From Candidatus Woesearchaeota archaeon (GTDB lineage: Archaea; Nanobdellota; Nanobdellia; Woesearchaeales; JACPJR01), in contig JACPJR010000010.1 in the NCBI GenBank assembly GCA_016187565.1, positions 68,596-132,595 of the forward strand: DNA of 64,000 nucleotides, in the 5' to 3' direction. A program made the position numbers and the translations under genes. Below the pieces are notes generated by a model, which saw nothing but the letters and a program-made list of their open reading frames with translations, did not search any database and was not told the origin of the DNA. Positions 18,445-28,121 of this stretch are shown one piece after another (position 1 is the first letter of the stretch; each line of letters opens with the position of its first letter).

Positions 18445-19468
18445 GTTTAAGCTTTGTTACTGTTCCCTTGTCTGTATCTACTTCTATCAGGTCACCATCA
18501 TTAAGAAGTTTTGTTGCATTTCCTGTTCCCAGCAATACAGGTATCTTGAGTTCTCTACTGAGTACAGCGGCATGGCAGGTCACACCTCCTTCATCGGTAA
18601 CTATTGCTCCTGCTCTTTTCACACCCTCTACTATTAAATCTGGTGTTGTCATTCTTGAAACTATAATATCACCATCATTCATTTTCTCTATATCTTCAAT
18701 AGTTCTTACTACTTTTACTTTCCCTGTATACGATGCTGGGAATGTTCCTCTTCCTGTAAGTTCATTACTTGCCTCTTCATTAATAACATAACTTTCATTT
18801 TCCTTTAGAAAAAACTTACCTTCTTGAAGGAGGAAATAACAGTTCTGTCTATTGCTGATAAGACTCTTTACATCTAGCTCATCCCCATCCAGCAAATGTA
18901 TGATTTCTATTGGTTTTAGGAATTTTACTTCATCTGTACTTACATCAAACCTTTTTCCAATTTCTTCAAATACTGGCTCAATAAGTTCATGTGTCTTGTT
19001 AAAACTTGATCTTCCTAAGAATCTTAAATCCGCCATTCTATCTATTGTTTTCTTTTTTTCTTCTAATCCATCGGTAAAAATAGTGATATTAAAATAAGGG
19101 TAAGGTGCCTTATATCGTCTGAAGTATCCCTCTAATAATTCCTTAAGCTCCCTATTTGATAATCTATCTAAATCTCTTTTTGCAATCTCTTCTGAAAAAT
19201 GAACCAAGTTTTCAAAATGGAATTTCCCTCTTTCCAATATCTTACTCATGAATTGAGGATTTTGAGCTATTTTATCTTTCAAGAATTTTGAAAATTCTTT
19301 TCCACTTTGCTTCTGAACAAAATGAGCAAACGTGTTTCCTCTTCTTATTGTTAAAAAATTGCTATGGTGTCTATTATGAACCTGTGGGAAATCCTCAACA
19401 TAGTTCTCATAGAGAAGATAATTCTTCAAAAAGTCCCCTTCTCTTTCCACTAATTTTTCCCAGGTCAT
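18434..19468 (-). CDS. Protein with C-terminal PEP-utilising-enzyme mobile (swivelling phospho-histidine) domain
   Basis: The C-terminus GDIIVSRMTTPDLI ... AIVTDEGGVTCHAAVLSRELKIPVLLG carries the conserved T(S/C)HAA phospho-His motif. Confidence 0.6.
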   Translation of the reverse strand: MTWEKLVEREGDFLKNYLLYENYVEDFPQVHNRHHSNFLTIRRGNTFAHFVQKQSGKEFSKFLKDKIAQNPQFMSKILERGKFHFENLVHFSEEIAKRDLDRLSNRELKELLEGYFRRYKAPYPYFNITIFTDGLEEKKKTIDRMADLRFLGRSSFNKTHELIEPVFEEIGKRFDVSTDEVKFLKPIEIIHLLDGDELDVKSLISNRQNCYFLLQEGKFFLKENESYVINEEASNELTGRGTFPASYTGKVKVVRTIEDIEKMNDGDIIVSRMTTPDLIVEGVKRAGAIVTDEGGVTCHAAVLSRELKIPVLLGTGNATKLLNDGDLIEVDTDKGTVTKLKPKP

Positions 19469-19469
19469 G

Positions 19470-20153
19470 TTATTTTACCATCAGATCTATACCTCGACAT
19501 CCAGTGACTAAGTCAGACAGTCTTTTTTTTGCTTGGGGTAGATTTACTTCTACTTCAGTAATATGATTTGAGAATAAATCCAATAACATATAGGAACAAA
19601 CTGCAAATTGCGAAATCATGTCATTTGGAAATTCAGATACTGATACATTTGCTTTTTCACCCTTTTTTTTATGTACTACCATCCTTTCAACTAATTCTCT
19701 CTGTCTTCGTGCGTAAGAAATATCACTGACTTCCACTGAATTGAAGTCCCGTTCATTTTCAAATATGTAATGTACAGTGTCCTTGTAACAGTAAAAGCGA
19801 ATAGGAAAAGAAATGCCTTCTGGAAGAAATCTCATCTCTCTTCTTTCCGTGACTGCTCTATCTTTCCCGAATTTCTCGACTAACCACTCTGCAGGATAAT
19901 ATAATCCTATTGTTGCTATTCTTTTTTGCTGTTTAATTGGAACGATTTCTCTTCTGCTTCTATCAGGCATTCCAAGAGTATTCCATAAAGTATCAGAATG
20001 TCCGACAAAATGGTGGTAAGTTTCACTTTGATCAAGATATATGATCATAGCCTTTATTCGCTGAAATACTTGTCCTGAACCAAAATAGGTTTTGTATTCT
20101 AATACACTAAAATCATATTGAAGGTCTTTCATGGTAGTCTTTAACCCCATCAA
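19470..20153 (-). CDS. Hypothetical protein (same operon as the PEP-utiliser-domain gene)
   Basis: A 227-aa ORF. Its start overlaps the end of the upstream gene by 41 nt. Confidence 0.4.
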   Translation of the reverse strand: MMGLKTTMKDLQYDFSVLEYKTYFGSGQVFQRIKAMIIYLDQSETYHHFVGHSDTLWNTLGMPDRSRREIVPIKQQKRIATIGLYYPAEWLVEKFGKDRAVTERREMRFLPEGISFPIRFYCYKDTVHYIFENERDFNSVEVSDISYARRQRELVERMVVHKKKGEKANVSVSEFPNDMISQFAVCSYMLLDLFSNHITEVEVNLPQAKKRLSDLVTGCRGIDLMVK

Positions 20154-20799
20154 AACATGATATTTTAACCACGCCCTTATCTACCAATCCCTCTAAGACT
20201 TCACCAGAGTATTGATTTTTCCTATCAACTAAATAGATGCTCGCTGAACCATTGGCTTGCCTGATACCATCTGAGGCAGCCCTGCAAACAGAGGGCTTAT
20301 CGTCAAAAATAGCATAAATCCCTCCTTCTGTTCTTTCCCATAACCTTACAAATGTCTCTGGAAAGTCTTTATCTCCAATTTCCTCTCCAAGAAAATACTC
20401 ATCTACAAGATCAGACAGCTTTTGATTTGCTCCAATTGGCAACCCATAAAGAATATCGGTAAAATCTTTTGAAGCTGAGGTTAATATACCAATTCTTCTT
20501 CTATTTTCCTTAACTTTTTGAAATCGTGGAACAGTATCTGGAAATATAGTTGCTTCTAAATCTATTAGAAAATCGCCAGTTCTATATGCCTGAGTCCAAA
20601 CAGTACACATAGCTGAGAAACACTCTTGTGGTATGCTATGTCCTTGAACTTCTCTATTTCTCGCTTCTTCTTTTAGCTTTTCTGCTAATTGCTGATCACT
20701 AACATATCTATCAATATTATTAACTATAAATTCATACATCCCTTTTACAGCTCTGTGCGTTGTTCTTCCCATATCATAAAGTTCTATCATTTTCATCAC
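20113..20799 (-). CDS. Hypothetical protein (first gene of a three-gene minus-strand unit)
   Basis: A 228-aa ORF with no recognisable motif. Confidence 0.4.
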   Translation of the reverse strand: MMKMIELYDMGRTTHRAVKGMYEFIVNNIDRYVSDQQLAEKLKEEARNREVQGHSIPQECFSAMCTVWTQAYRTGDFLIDLEATIFPDTVPRFQKVKENRRRIGILTSASKDFTDILYGLPIGANQKLSDLVDEYFLGEEIGDKDFPETFVRLWERTEGGIYAIFDDKPSVCRAASDGIRQANGSASIYLVDRKNQYSGEVLEGLVDKGVVKISCFDGVKDYHERPSI

Positions 20800-20895
20800 C
20801 CTAACTCAATAACAGAATCAATATATAAATTTTTGTTGTTATATAGTATTACAACAATAATAAAATTTAAATACTCGTGGGTATTACTGGATCAT

Positions 20896-21639
20896 ATGGA
20901 CGTAAAATCAATACTCGAAGAAGCAGGATTGGCAGGCAATGAGGCCAAGGTTTATCTGGCATTATTAGATTTAGGCTCTACATTAGCTGGAGATGTCACC
21001 AAAAGATCAGGAGTAAATAGAACTAATGTTTATGATGCGTTAGACAAGCTTATTGAAAAAGGTCTGGTGAGTTATGTGATTAAAGCTAATAGAAAATATT
21101 TTGAGGCTGCATCTCCTACAAGGATTATCAAGTATCTTGACGAAAGAGAAGAGGAAATCAAGAGAAAGAGAGAGCTTGTCAATTCTGTCTTAACAGATCT
21201 TGAAACAAGGAGGAAATTAAATAAAGAACCTCAAGAGGCAACCATCTATAAAGGAAAAAAAGGATTGAGATCAATAGCTGAAGATGTTCTGAAAACAAAA
21301 AAAGAATTGCTGGTTTTTGGAGCAGAAGGGAGATTTGTTGACATATTCCAGCATTATGCTGAACAGTGGCACATGAAACGAGGACTATTGAAAATTCCAA
21401 TAAAGATAATTTACACTGAAAAAACAAGGAAAAAAAAAGCTACAGCGAAGTTTCCCATTTCACAGATAAGGTTTAATCCTCATGTCTATGACACTCCGGC
21501 AACTACCTGGATCTATGGGGATAAAATCGCAATAATTGTCTGGTCAGATCAACCTATTGCTACCCTTGTAAGGAGTAAAGAGGTAACGCATTCTTACCGA
21601 CAATTTTTTACGGTGTTGTGGAACTCATCAAAAAAATAA
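20896..21639 (+). CDS. TrmB-family transcriptional regulator
   Basis: An N-terminal wHTH is present (LGLAGNEAKVYLALLDLGSTLAGDVTKRSGVNRTNVYDALDKLIEKGLV). I moved the start to ATG 20896, because the 69 codons upstream are AT-rich junk. Confidence 0.6.
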   Translation: MDVKSILEEAGLAGNEAKVYLALLDLGSTLAGDVTKRSGVNRTNVYDALDKLIEKGLVSYVIKANRKYFEAASPTRIIKYLDEREEEIKRKRELVNSVLTDLETRRKLNKEPQEATIYKGKKGLRSIAEDVLKTKKELLVFGAEGRFVDIFQHYAEQWHMKRGLLKIPIKIIYTEKTRKKKATAKFPISQIRFNPHVYDTPATTWIYGDKIAIIVWSDQPIATLVRSKEVTHSYRQFFTVLWNSSKK

Positions 21640-21646
21640 AAGAGCA

Positions 21647-22069
21647 TTACTTTTTTTCAACCGTACAGCCAAGCTTTTCAAGAGTCTTTATCGCTCTTGT
21701 TAGGTTACTTTTCTTCACCATGAGGTGATCTGTGGAGTACGCAGAAATCACCATAATCGGAATTTTTTCTTGTGCAAGTGCTGTAGAAACAGTTGCCACA
21801 AATCCAATTAACTCAAATGGCAAAACCATAGCAAAAGTCAGCATTCTCCAATTCTTTTCAATGGCAATTGCATTTTTTTGAAGGAATTGGTTTTTGTTGC
21901 ATTGTAATTGATCAATAATAACGGTTGTTTCATTCTTATCGACAATATTTACAAAAGCATCCGGACTTGTCGTCTTTGATTTGACAATGACAAAGGTTTC
22001 TTTCCAGACATAGACTTTGCCATTTTTGAAATAGGCTTCAACGTCCATGGTCAGGCTTCGCTTATTCAT
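21647..22069 (-). CDS. ACT-domain-containing protein
   Basis: The C-terminal half (LTFAMVLPFELIGFVATVSTALAQEKIPIMVISAYSTDHLMV) has ACT-like beta-alpha-beta-beta-alpha-beta spacing. Confidence 0.45.
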   Translation of the reverse strand: MNKRSLTMDVEAYFKNGKVYVWKETFVIVKSKTTSPDAFVNIVDKNETTVIIDQLQCNKNQFLQKNAIAIEKNWRMLTFAMVLPFELIGFVATVSTALAQEKIPIMVISAYSTDHLMVKKSNLTRAIKTLEKLGCTVEKK

Positions 22070-23309
22070 TCTTTTTCCATTTGTTGTACTGTTCCTTTTT
22101 GAAATACTCTGGAATACAAATAATCTGAATCATCATCATGAGAAGCCAGAAGGGGAACATAAAAAATAAGGGAATGAGATGCCAGAGATCAATTTTCTTA
22201 TCATACTTAAGAATAGCTATAAGATATAATGGATAGGATAAAAGCGTTGCAAGAATTCCTGCAATAGTTATGAAGGTCAAGGGAGTTTGGCCTTGGAAGA
22301 CGGTTATCATCCACTTAATGGTACCAACAAGAGAAAACCATTCAAAAAAGAATTTCAAAACCAACCAATTGAAATAGATTCCTTTAGAATAAAAATAGGT
22401 AGTGTATCCAGAAATGATCTGATAAACAAGCCACGAACCCATAATTAGAGATTGGACATAACCAAAAAGGAATAAAGGTAGGGTATAGAGATCAATAATG
22501 GAGTTGTTCAATTGTAAATGTTTCTTTAATAATTTAATGAGACCTCGTGCAAACCTTGTTCGTTGTCTGAAAAACCCTTTGGCATCATAGGGCATATTGG
22601 TTTCAGCCATTGCTTTTTCTGAAAAACCGATAGTATATCCCTTCCGGATAAGTCTAATAGTGACGTCAGCATCTTCTGAAAAACAATCAGTGCTAAAACC
22701 CCCTATCTCGAGAAGTTCTTTTTTGCGGTAAACACTGAGCGGCCCAGGTGTAGTAATGTTCGCATTTACCTTGCTAAATATATTTCTCATCAGGGAATAA
22801 TATATTTCTCCGATATGGAGCCATAAGCAGATGAATTTCTTTCTATTTTTGACCTTTACCGGGCAACATGCAGCCACAACATTTTTCTTCTCAACTTCTT
22901 TTGTGAGCTCAGTAAGAGAATCTTTATGAATAACGCTATCTGCATCTACGACGGCAATGAGATCACCTTTCGCTAGAGCAAGGGCTTTATTGATTGCATT
23001 TGACTTTCCAGTGTGTTCTGTTTTCAGTAAGGTAACCTTGAATCGAGCAACAATCTCGCTTGTTTTATCCTTACTGCCATCGTCAACCACAATGATCTCC
23101 TTATCACCATCAAAACGAGCATCAATGACTGAGGCGAGACAGTCTGCTATATATTTTTCTTCGTTGTGAGCAGGAATAATAATGCTGATGCTGTTGAATT
23201 TTTTTTCAGCAATAGCCGATTTTCTCTTGATGAATAAGAGGACGTAATAAGAAAGAATGACTACAAAAAAGATGACGGTTATTGTATTCGTGAGAAGTTG
23301 TATAGTCAT
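22062..23309 (-). CDS. Membrane-bound processive family-2 glycosyltransferase
   Basis: A GT2 motif is present (IIIPAHNEEKYI ... IVVDDGSKDKT). An R-x-R-F-A-R-G motif matches the Q/RxxRW class, and there are multiple C-terminal TM helices. Confidence 0.7.
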   Translation of the reverse strand: MTIQLLTNTITVIFFVVILSYYVLLFIKRKSAIAEKKFNSISIIIPAHNEEKYIADCLASVIDARFDGDKEIIVVDDGSKDKTSEIVARFKVTLLKTEHTGKSNAINKALALAKGDLIAVVDADSVIHKDSLTELTKEVEKKNVVAACCPVKVKNRKKFICLWLHIGEIYYSLMRNIFSKVNANITTPGPLSVYRKKELLEIGGFSTDCFSEDADVTIRLIRKGYTIGFSEKAMAETNMPYDAKGFFRQRTRFARGLIKLLKKHLQLNNSIIDLYTLPLFLFGYVQSLIMGSWLVYQIISGYTTYFYSKGIYFNWLVLKFFFEWFSLVGTIKWMITVFQGQTPLTFITIAGILATLLSYPLYLIAILKYDKKIDLWHLIPLFFMFPFWLLMMMIQIICIPEYFKKEQYNKWKKNE

Positions 23310-24568
23310 TTTCCATTGACAAAATGATCATTGCCAACTTTTGGCGTGCAGAACCAGTGCAGCGGATGATTGATGAGTGCTTTGCAAAAAGCGATCGTAT
23401 TGTTCATAGCTAGGACAATTCCGAGCGTAAACGTCGTTGCTATAAGGTACTTTGTCTCCCCAAGTAATCCTCGCTTGTAAAGAGTGACCATCCCCATCAG
23501 GAAAAATCCAGCGGTATACATAAATCGTGAGAGCAGATCGAAAATATCCATCATATTGAACAATTGAGGTTCTCCTAGAAACCAACCTCCAAACCCAAAA
23601 AAGGTCATGGCTATGATTATTGGGGCGATGATATTTCCGAGGGTAATGTAGATTATCATCAAGCGCTGCTTCATGGTTAACTCTTTTCCAATAAGAATGG
23701 TCCGTGCATTATCCATGAAAACACGAACATTTCCATAGCACCAGCGCATCTGTTGTTTAAGAAAACTTTCGAAGGTTTCAGGAACTTCACTTTGATTTTC
23801 ATAATCGAGGTAGATAGTCGTATACCCGTTGATGAGCAGATGAAAACTCAAATCAGCATCTTCGGTTACGCTCTTCGTGTTCCATCCTCCTACCTTTTCA
23901 AAGGCGCTTCTTCGTAATGCACCGCCTGTTCCGCAGAAGAAAACACAGTTTATTTTATTGTTGATGGGCATGATGATGGTGTGGTAGACCATCAAAAGAT
24001 AGGAAGCGAATCGAGTGATAAAGTTATAGTCTTTATTGTAAAATCCCTGTCTGGTTTGTACTAAGGCAACCTTTGGGTCTGAAAATGGTTCAATAACTCT
24101 TTTAAGAAAATCTCTCTTTGGTGTCCAATCTGCATCAAAGAGAACAAGAATTTCTCCTCTCGTCATCTGCATTGCATTCTGTAATGCTCCTGCTTTGAAG
24201 CCTTCACGATGATTACGGTGAATATACTTTACAAAGCCGGGATGTTTATCAGCGAATTGTTTGAGTTTTTCTTGCGTTTCTTGATTGGTGCTATCATCTG
24301 CGATAATTATTTCATACTTTTCCTTTGGATAGTCAAAGGCCATACAATGCTTGACACACCGCATCGCAATAGGGTCATTATAAGTTGGAATCTGAACACT
24401 GATAAAAGGCAAGGTCTTTAATTTCTTATATCGAGTAGGTTGTTGTTTAAGCGAAAGGTTTAGAAGAACAAACAAGAGAAAGAGTACAGAGATAAAAATA
24501 ATCGGAACGAGAGTGAGATTGTAAATCCACAGTGAAAGATCATAGAGCATGCTCATCTTAATCACCAA
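23306..24568 (-). CDS. Membrane-bound processive family-2 glycosyltransferase (cellulose/chitin-synthase-like)
   Basis: A GT2 motif is present (QIPTYNDPIAM ... IIIADDSTN). QQMRWCYG matches the QxxRW motif, and TM helices flank the catalytic domain. Confidence 0.7.
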   Translation of the reverse strand: MVIKMSMLYDLSLWIYNLTLVPIIFISVLFLLFVLLNLSLKQQPTRYKKLKTLPFISVQIPTYNDPIAMRCVKHCMAFDYPKEKYEIIIADDSTNQETQEKLKQFADKHPGFVKYIHRNHREGFKAGALQNAMQMTRGEILVLFDADWTPKRDFLKRVIEPFSDPKVALVQTRQGFYNKDYNFITRFASYLLMVYHTIIMPINNKINCVFFCGTGGALRRSAFEKVGGWNTKSVTEDADLSFHLLINGYTTIYLDYENQSEVPETFESFLKQQMRWCYGNVRVFMDNARTILIGKELTMKQRLMIIYITLGNIIAPIIIAMTFFGFGGWFLGEPQLFNMMDIFDLLSRFMYTAGFFLMGMVTLYKRGLLGETKYLIATTFTLGIVLAMNNTIAFCKALINHPLHWFCTPKVGNDHFVNGK

Positions 24569-25289
24569 GTCTTACTTGATAATCCCGTATTGTTTTTTTC
24601 ATTTTTTCATAAGTTGGCAAACCATTGAGAAGCGTATTGCCTCTCCCCTGAATACCAATATACATGCGTGGAAGAATCCCACTCATCCCAAAATTTTCAA
24701 CTTCTGACATATCATAGAGAATGTCAGTGAGCGGCTCTCCATTGAAGCATTCATTAAACCTTGCCGTAGATGTATTGTCTTCTGTTTTGACGATACTTTC
24801 AACATCTTCGGGCCTTTTTCCGGTACTATACACCTCGAGAAGAAGCGGATAGTATTGTTCTGGATAGATCCTTGATAAACAGCTAAAGGCCTGTGCATAT
24901 AAAAAGGTATCACTTTTTTCTTGGATATCTCTTGTCGTGAGGTAGTTTTTGTAGGTAAATTTCACCTTTCCTGTGGCAATATACTCTCTCTCGATTTGGG
25001 GAAGATACACGCTCATGAATGTTTGTGATGCAGGTGATGTTGGAGTTAGATAGACAATAAGCGTAATACTGGCGTTTTCACTTCCATGCCAGAGGTTATT
25101 TCCAGTTTCGGGAGTTGTGCTCAGATAAAAGTCATATAATCCAGCAACATTCCTCTCTTCAGCGAGTTCTTTGGCTAAAGGTTTCTTAGTAAACTCTGTT
25201 TTTGCAAACCCGGTTGCAATGAGTGCTATATAGGCAATGAGAAAAAAAATAAGACCATACAATATCCACTGCGGTTTACGAAGCTTCAT
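24558..25289 (-). CDS. Membrane-anchored DsbA-like thioredoxin-fold protein with degenerate active site (SPAS in place of CxxC)
   Basis: One N-terminal TM helix. The fold-level resemblance is to DsbA. LTPTSPASQ sits where CxxC would be. Confidence 0.35.
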   Translation of the reverse strand: MKLRKPQWILYGLIFFLIAYIALIATGFAKTEFTKKPLAKELAEERNVAGLYDFYLSTTPETGNNLWHGSENASITLIVYLTPTSPASQTFMSVYLPQIEREYIATGKVKFTYKNYLTTRDIQEKSDTFLYAQAFSCLSRIYPEQYYPLLLEVYSTGKRPEDVESIVKTEDNTSTARFNECFNGEPLTDILYDMSEVENFGMSGILPRMYIGIQGRGNTLLNGLPTYEKMKKTIRDYQVRLGD

Positions 25290-26041
25290 TTTATGTCCGA
25301 TTTTATATCCGACAAATTTTTCATTAATTCTTCTGCAGTGAAGACCTGTCCTTGGTATACTTCTTCTGAAAAGATTAAGGCAGGTGTCATAGTAATGTTG
25401 TAATACTCTTTTAAGTCTTGGACAATTAGTTCCTCGGTACTGCTGTCAACCACAAAAAGCATAAGCTCTTTTCCACCAGTCCGTACTTTCTTTCTGAGTT
25501 CATCGAGTTCTTCTCCTTGCCGGGTACACGTATTGCAGGTTGGCGTATAAAAATAAAGCCCGACGATAGACTCATGGCCACATTGTTCATAGAGGTCTTT
25601 TGCAACAATCCACGTTCGAATGGAGTGTTGGGTGTATTGTTTTTTCAGAGCAAGGTATTCTGGAGAGAGTACATTATTTTTTTCAAATTCTTCAAGTCGA
25701 AAAGGCAAGGTTGCCCAGTAATCACTCAAGAGATCGGTTAATTTTCCCATAGCGATACGTGAAAAATTACATCTTTCTTTCTCACTAAGTGTATTCAGAA
25801 ATTGTTGTTCCATCTGCCAACTTTGAAGATTTGAATCCATCAGGCGTACATATTCTCTGAGGCTTTCATATTCCTGCTGGGTTTCCTTTTTGAGTAGGTT
25901 ATTCGCAAAAAGGCCACTGACGACGCCAAGCACATAAAGCACAATTGAAAGAACAATGGCTATGGTTATCAAACGTACTCGTTGTTGCTTAACGTTATTT
26001 TTTTGCATGTTAATCACGATACGCAATAGAATCTTTTGCAA
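25286..26041 (-). CDS. Membrane-anchored thioredoxin-like disulfide oxidoreductase
   Basis: An N-terminal TM helix. FYTPTCNTCTRQ is a CxxC active site in the thioredoxin-fold context. Confidence 0.5.
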   Translation of the reverse strand: MQKILLRIVINMQKNNVKQQRVRLITIAIVLSIVLYVLGVVSGLFANNLLKKETQQEYESLREYVRLMDSNLQSWQMEQQFLNTLSEKERCNFSRIAMGKLTDLLSDYWATLPFRLEEFEKNNVLSPEYLALKKQYTQHSIRTWIVAKDLYEQCGHESIVGLYFYTPTCNTCTRQGEELDELRKKVRTGGKELMLFVVDSSTEELIVQDLKEYYNITMTPALIFSEEVYQGQVFTAEELMKNLSDIKSDIK

Positions 26042-26534
26042 CTCCGTAGAGATTTTTATAATAAGAAATACCGGTTATGAATAGGAGTATGCTCCAAATA
26101 AACAGGGCATACGGCAACACAGGGATCCACCCAAAGAGCAACAAAGGGGTTGCTGCATAAAAGAGCGTCATGAGTAAGTGTGTGTACTTCATTTCCCTTT
26201 TCAGTATGGCAAAAAGGCCCTTTATAAGGATGCTCCCCATAAATAAAATAAACGTGCCTAGGAAAAAATACAAAAATGCTAAAGAGAGAGACATTCCTGC
26301 CAGATAGTTCACGAGCCTCAGGTACTGAACATCAGCAGAAAGTGCCATCTCAAAATAGAATGCACGAGCTAAACCGAAACCGAAATTAAAGAAACCAGCA
26401 ACAATTCCTAATGTTACCAGAAGTATCAGATAATCGATGAGTACACTTTCAAAACGCCTCTGGTAGACTACAGAAAATTCTCGGTCTGGATGAACAAGAA
26501 TGTTCCATCCTCGATGAAGGGCTTTAGTGATCAT
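26010..26534 (-). CDS. Integral membrane protein (Yip1-like topology)
   Basis: About 5 TM helices. No catalytic motif. Confidence 0.4.
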   Translation of the reverse strand: MITKALHRGWNILVHPDREFSVVYQRRFESVLIDYLILLVTLGIVAGFFNFGFGLARAFYFEMALSADVQYLRLVNYLAGMSLSLAFLYFFLGTFILFMGSILIKGLFAILKREMKYTHLLMTLFYAATPLLLFGWIPVLPYALFIWSILLFITGISYYKNLYGVAKDSIAYRD

Positions 26535-26558
26535 ACTTCATGCAGGAGATTTTTGTTT

Positions 26559-28121
26559 TTATATATCTTTCGTAACATTTTTTCTCATGACTTCCCAAAT
26601 GTCTACGTCATTACTCGTATAGACCTTCCTAAAGGTTTCATTATTACGAAACAAAAATAATAATCCCTCTTCTTTTCCTTTCCAAACCAACCCGGTTTTC
26701 ATTGTTTCATCCACCCAAATATAATCAACATCTTCTTGATCCAAAAGTTCTTTTGTTCTTTTCAGATTTCTTGAGGTAAACGTCTCATTCACTTTTGCAA
26801 AACGCTTGATGCTCAATTCTTTATCGTTTGAAGCATAGATGTAAGAGTAGCTGTCGACAAGTACGGTTCGGTCTGCATAATATTGGATCAAGAATCCTTT
26901 GGTAGGATGAGAAAGCACAACTGCATCCTCTTGACTATTTTTCTGAAGCCAGAGAAGGCTCTGGACCTGTTCTTTCGATGGTTCAAACGTGGTAAATCGA
27001 TTGAGGTAGGAAATGGTTGAAAAAAGAAGCCCACAGACAATGAGCAATAATGTTAGTTGCCGTACAATTTGTAGCTCCCATTGCATACTGCTTAATTTCA
27101 GGATCATGCTTCCGGCAAAAATCGAAAAGACAAACAAGAGATAATGATTAACCTTTACCTGGGTTACTATAACAAAGAGAAGAAAACCCAACAAAATAAG
27201 ATTAATAAAAATATGCTTCAATTGCTTTGTCCATAACGCCCCAAATCCGATAATCCCCAAAAGAAAATGGAAAATACCAAAGCCACTCGCTGCACCAAGA
27301 TCTGCAATAAGTTGCTGGTAGAATTGTGTTCCGGTTACTCCAGGCTCTTCCTTAAGCAAGGGCGGGAGCGTAAGATGAAGTAGTGAAGAGGTAACGACCA
27401 TGCTAAAGAGGATGAGCAGAAGTAGATACAGACGTTCTTTTTTCAAAAGAGTAAGTACGAGAAGCATTAAAAAGCTAATCATAATATCAAGATAATCGTG
27501 CATGCCTATTAGGATAAAGGGTAACAGCACAAGCATTTGTTTTGCTCGTACGGGTGGATCATCATCCTTTTGTTTTTGTTCCGCATGAAGTAAGAGATAA
27601 ATGCCAAGAAGATTTAGAAAAATAAGAAAGCTTTCTTTGTTTACCGTGTCGAACATAAAAATATAAATGGGCGAGATGGCCACCAGTCCACTGATAATAA
27701 AGCGAAGGGTTACTGACTGTGCATTTTCACTAGGAGATTTCTGAAATTCATGCATAAGGTATTTTAGGATAGCCATAAACAGATAAAGGGATAATAAACC
27801 CAAAAATAAGGGAACAAGAATACTAGCAAGATTCATTCCTACAAGTAAAGCAACACCGGCAAGAAGAAAATGGTAGGGCGTAATGACATACGTACGTCCT
27901 CCAGTAACCTGTTCGTCATACCAAAATGGCCATGCTGAAATTCGTGAAGCATCAAAAAGCCCTGATGCAATTCTCAGATGATAGGAAGATTCTGCTCCAA
28001 TCGGTAATGGTTCTCCGGTAAAGTATCTCCCTGCTAATGGAAGAGAGAGAAGAAGCCCTGCTACGAGAAGGAGTACTATTCTCCATCGTGATTCATGTCT
28101 GGTAATCCATGCAGTTGTCAT
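26559..28121 (-). CDS. Polytopic membrane protein, GT-C-fold glycosyltransferase-like (ArnT/PMT/AglB-type architecture)
   Basis: At least 12 TM helices, then a C-terminal soluble domain. The first-loop region (GAESSYHLRIASG) parallels that of the downstream paralogue. Confidence 0.4.
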   Translation of the reverse strand: MTTAWITRHESRWRIVLLLVAGLLLSLPLAGRYFTGEPLPIGAESSYHLRIASGLFDASRISAWPFWYDEQVTGGRTYVITPYHFLLAGVALLVGMNLASILVPLFLGLLSLYLFMAILKYLMHEFQKSPSENAQSVTLRFIISGLVAISPIYIFMFDTVNKESFLIFLNLLGIYLLLHAEQKQKDDDPPVRAKQMLVLLPFILIGMHDYLDIMISFLMLLVLTLLKKERLYLLLLILFSMVVTSSLLHLTLPPLLKEEPGVTGTQFYQQLIADLGAASGFGIFHFLLGIIGFGALWTKQLKHIFINLILLGFLLFVIVTQVKVNHYLLFVFSIFAGSMILKLSSMQWELQIVRQLTLLLIVCGLLFSTISYLNRFTTFEPSKEQVQSLLWLQKNSQEDAVVLSHPTKGFLIQYYADRTVLVDSYSYIYASNDKELSIKRFAKVNETFTSRNLKRTKELLDQEDVDYIWVDETMKTGLVWKGKEEGLLFLFRNNETFRKVYTSNDVDIWEVMRKNVTKDI

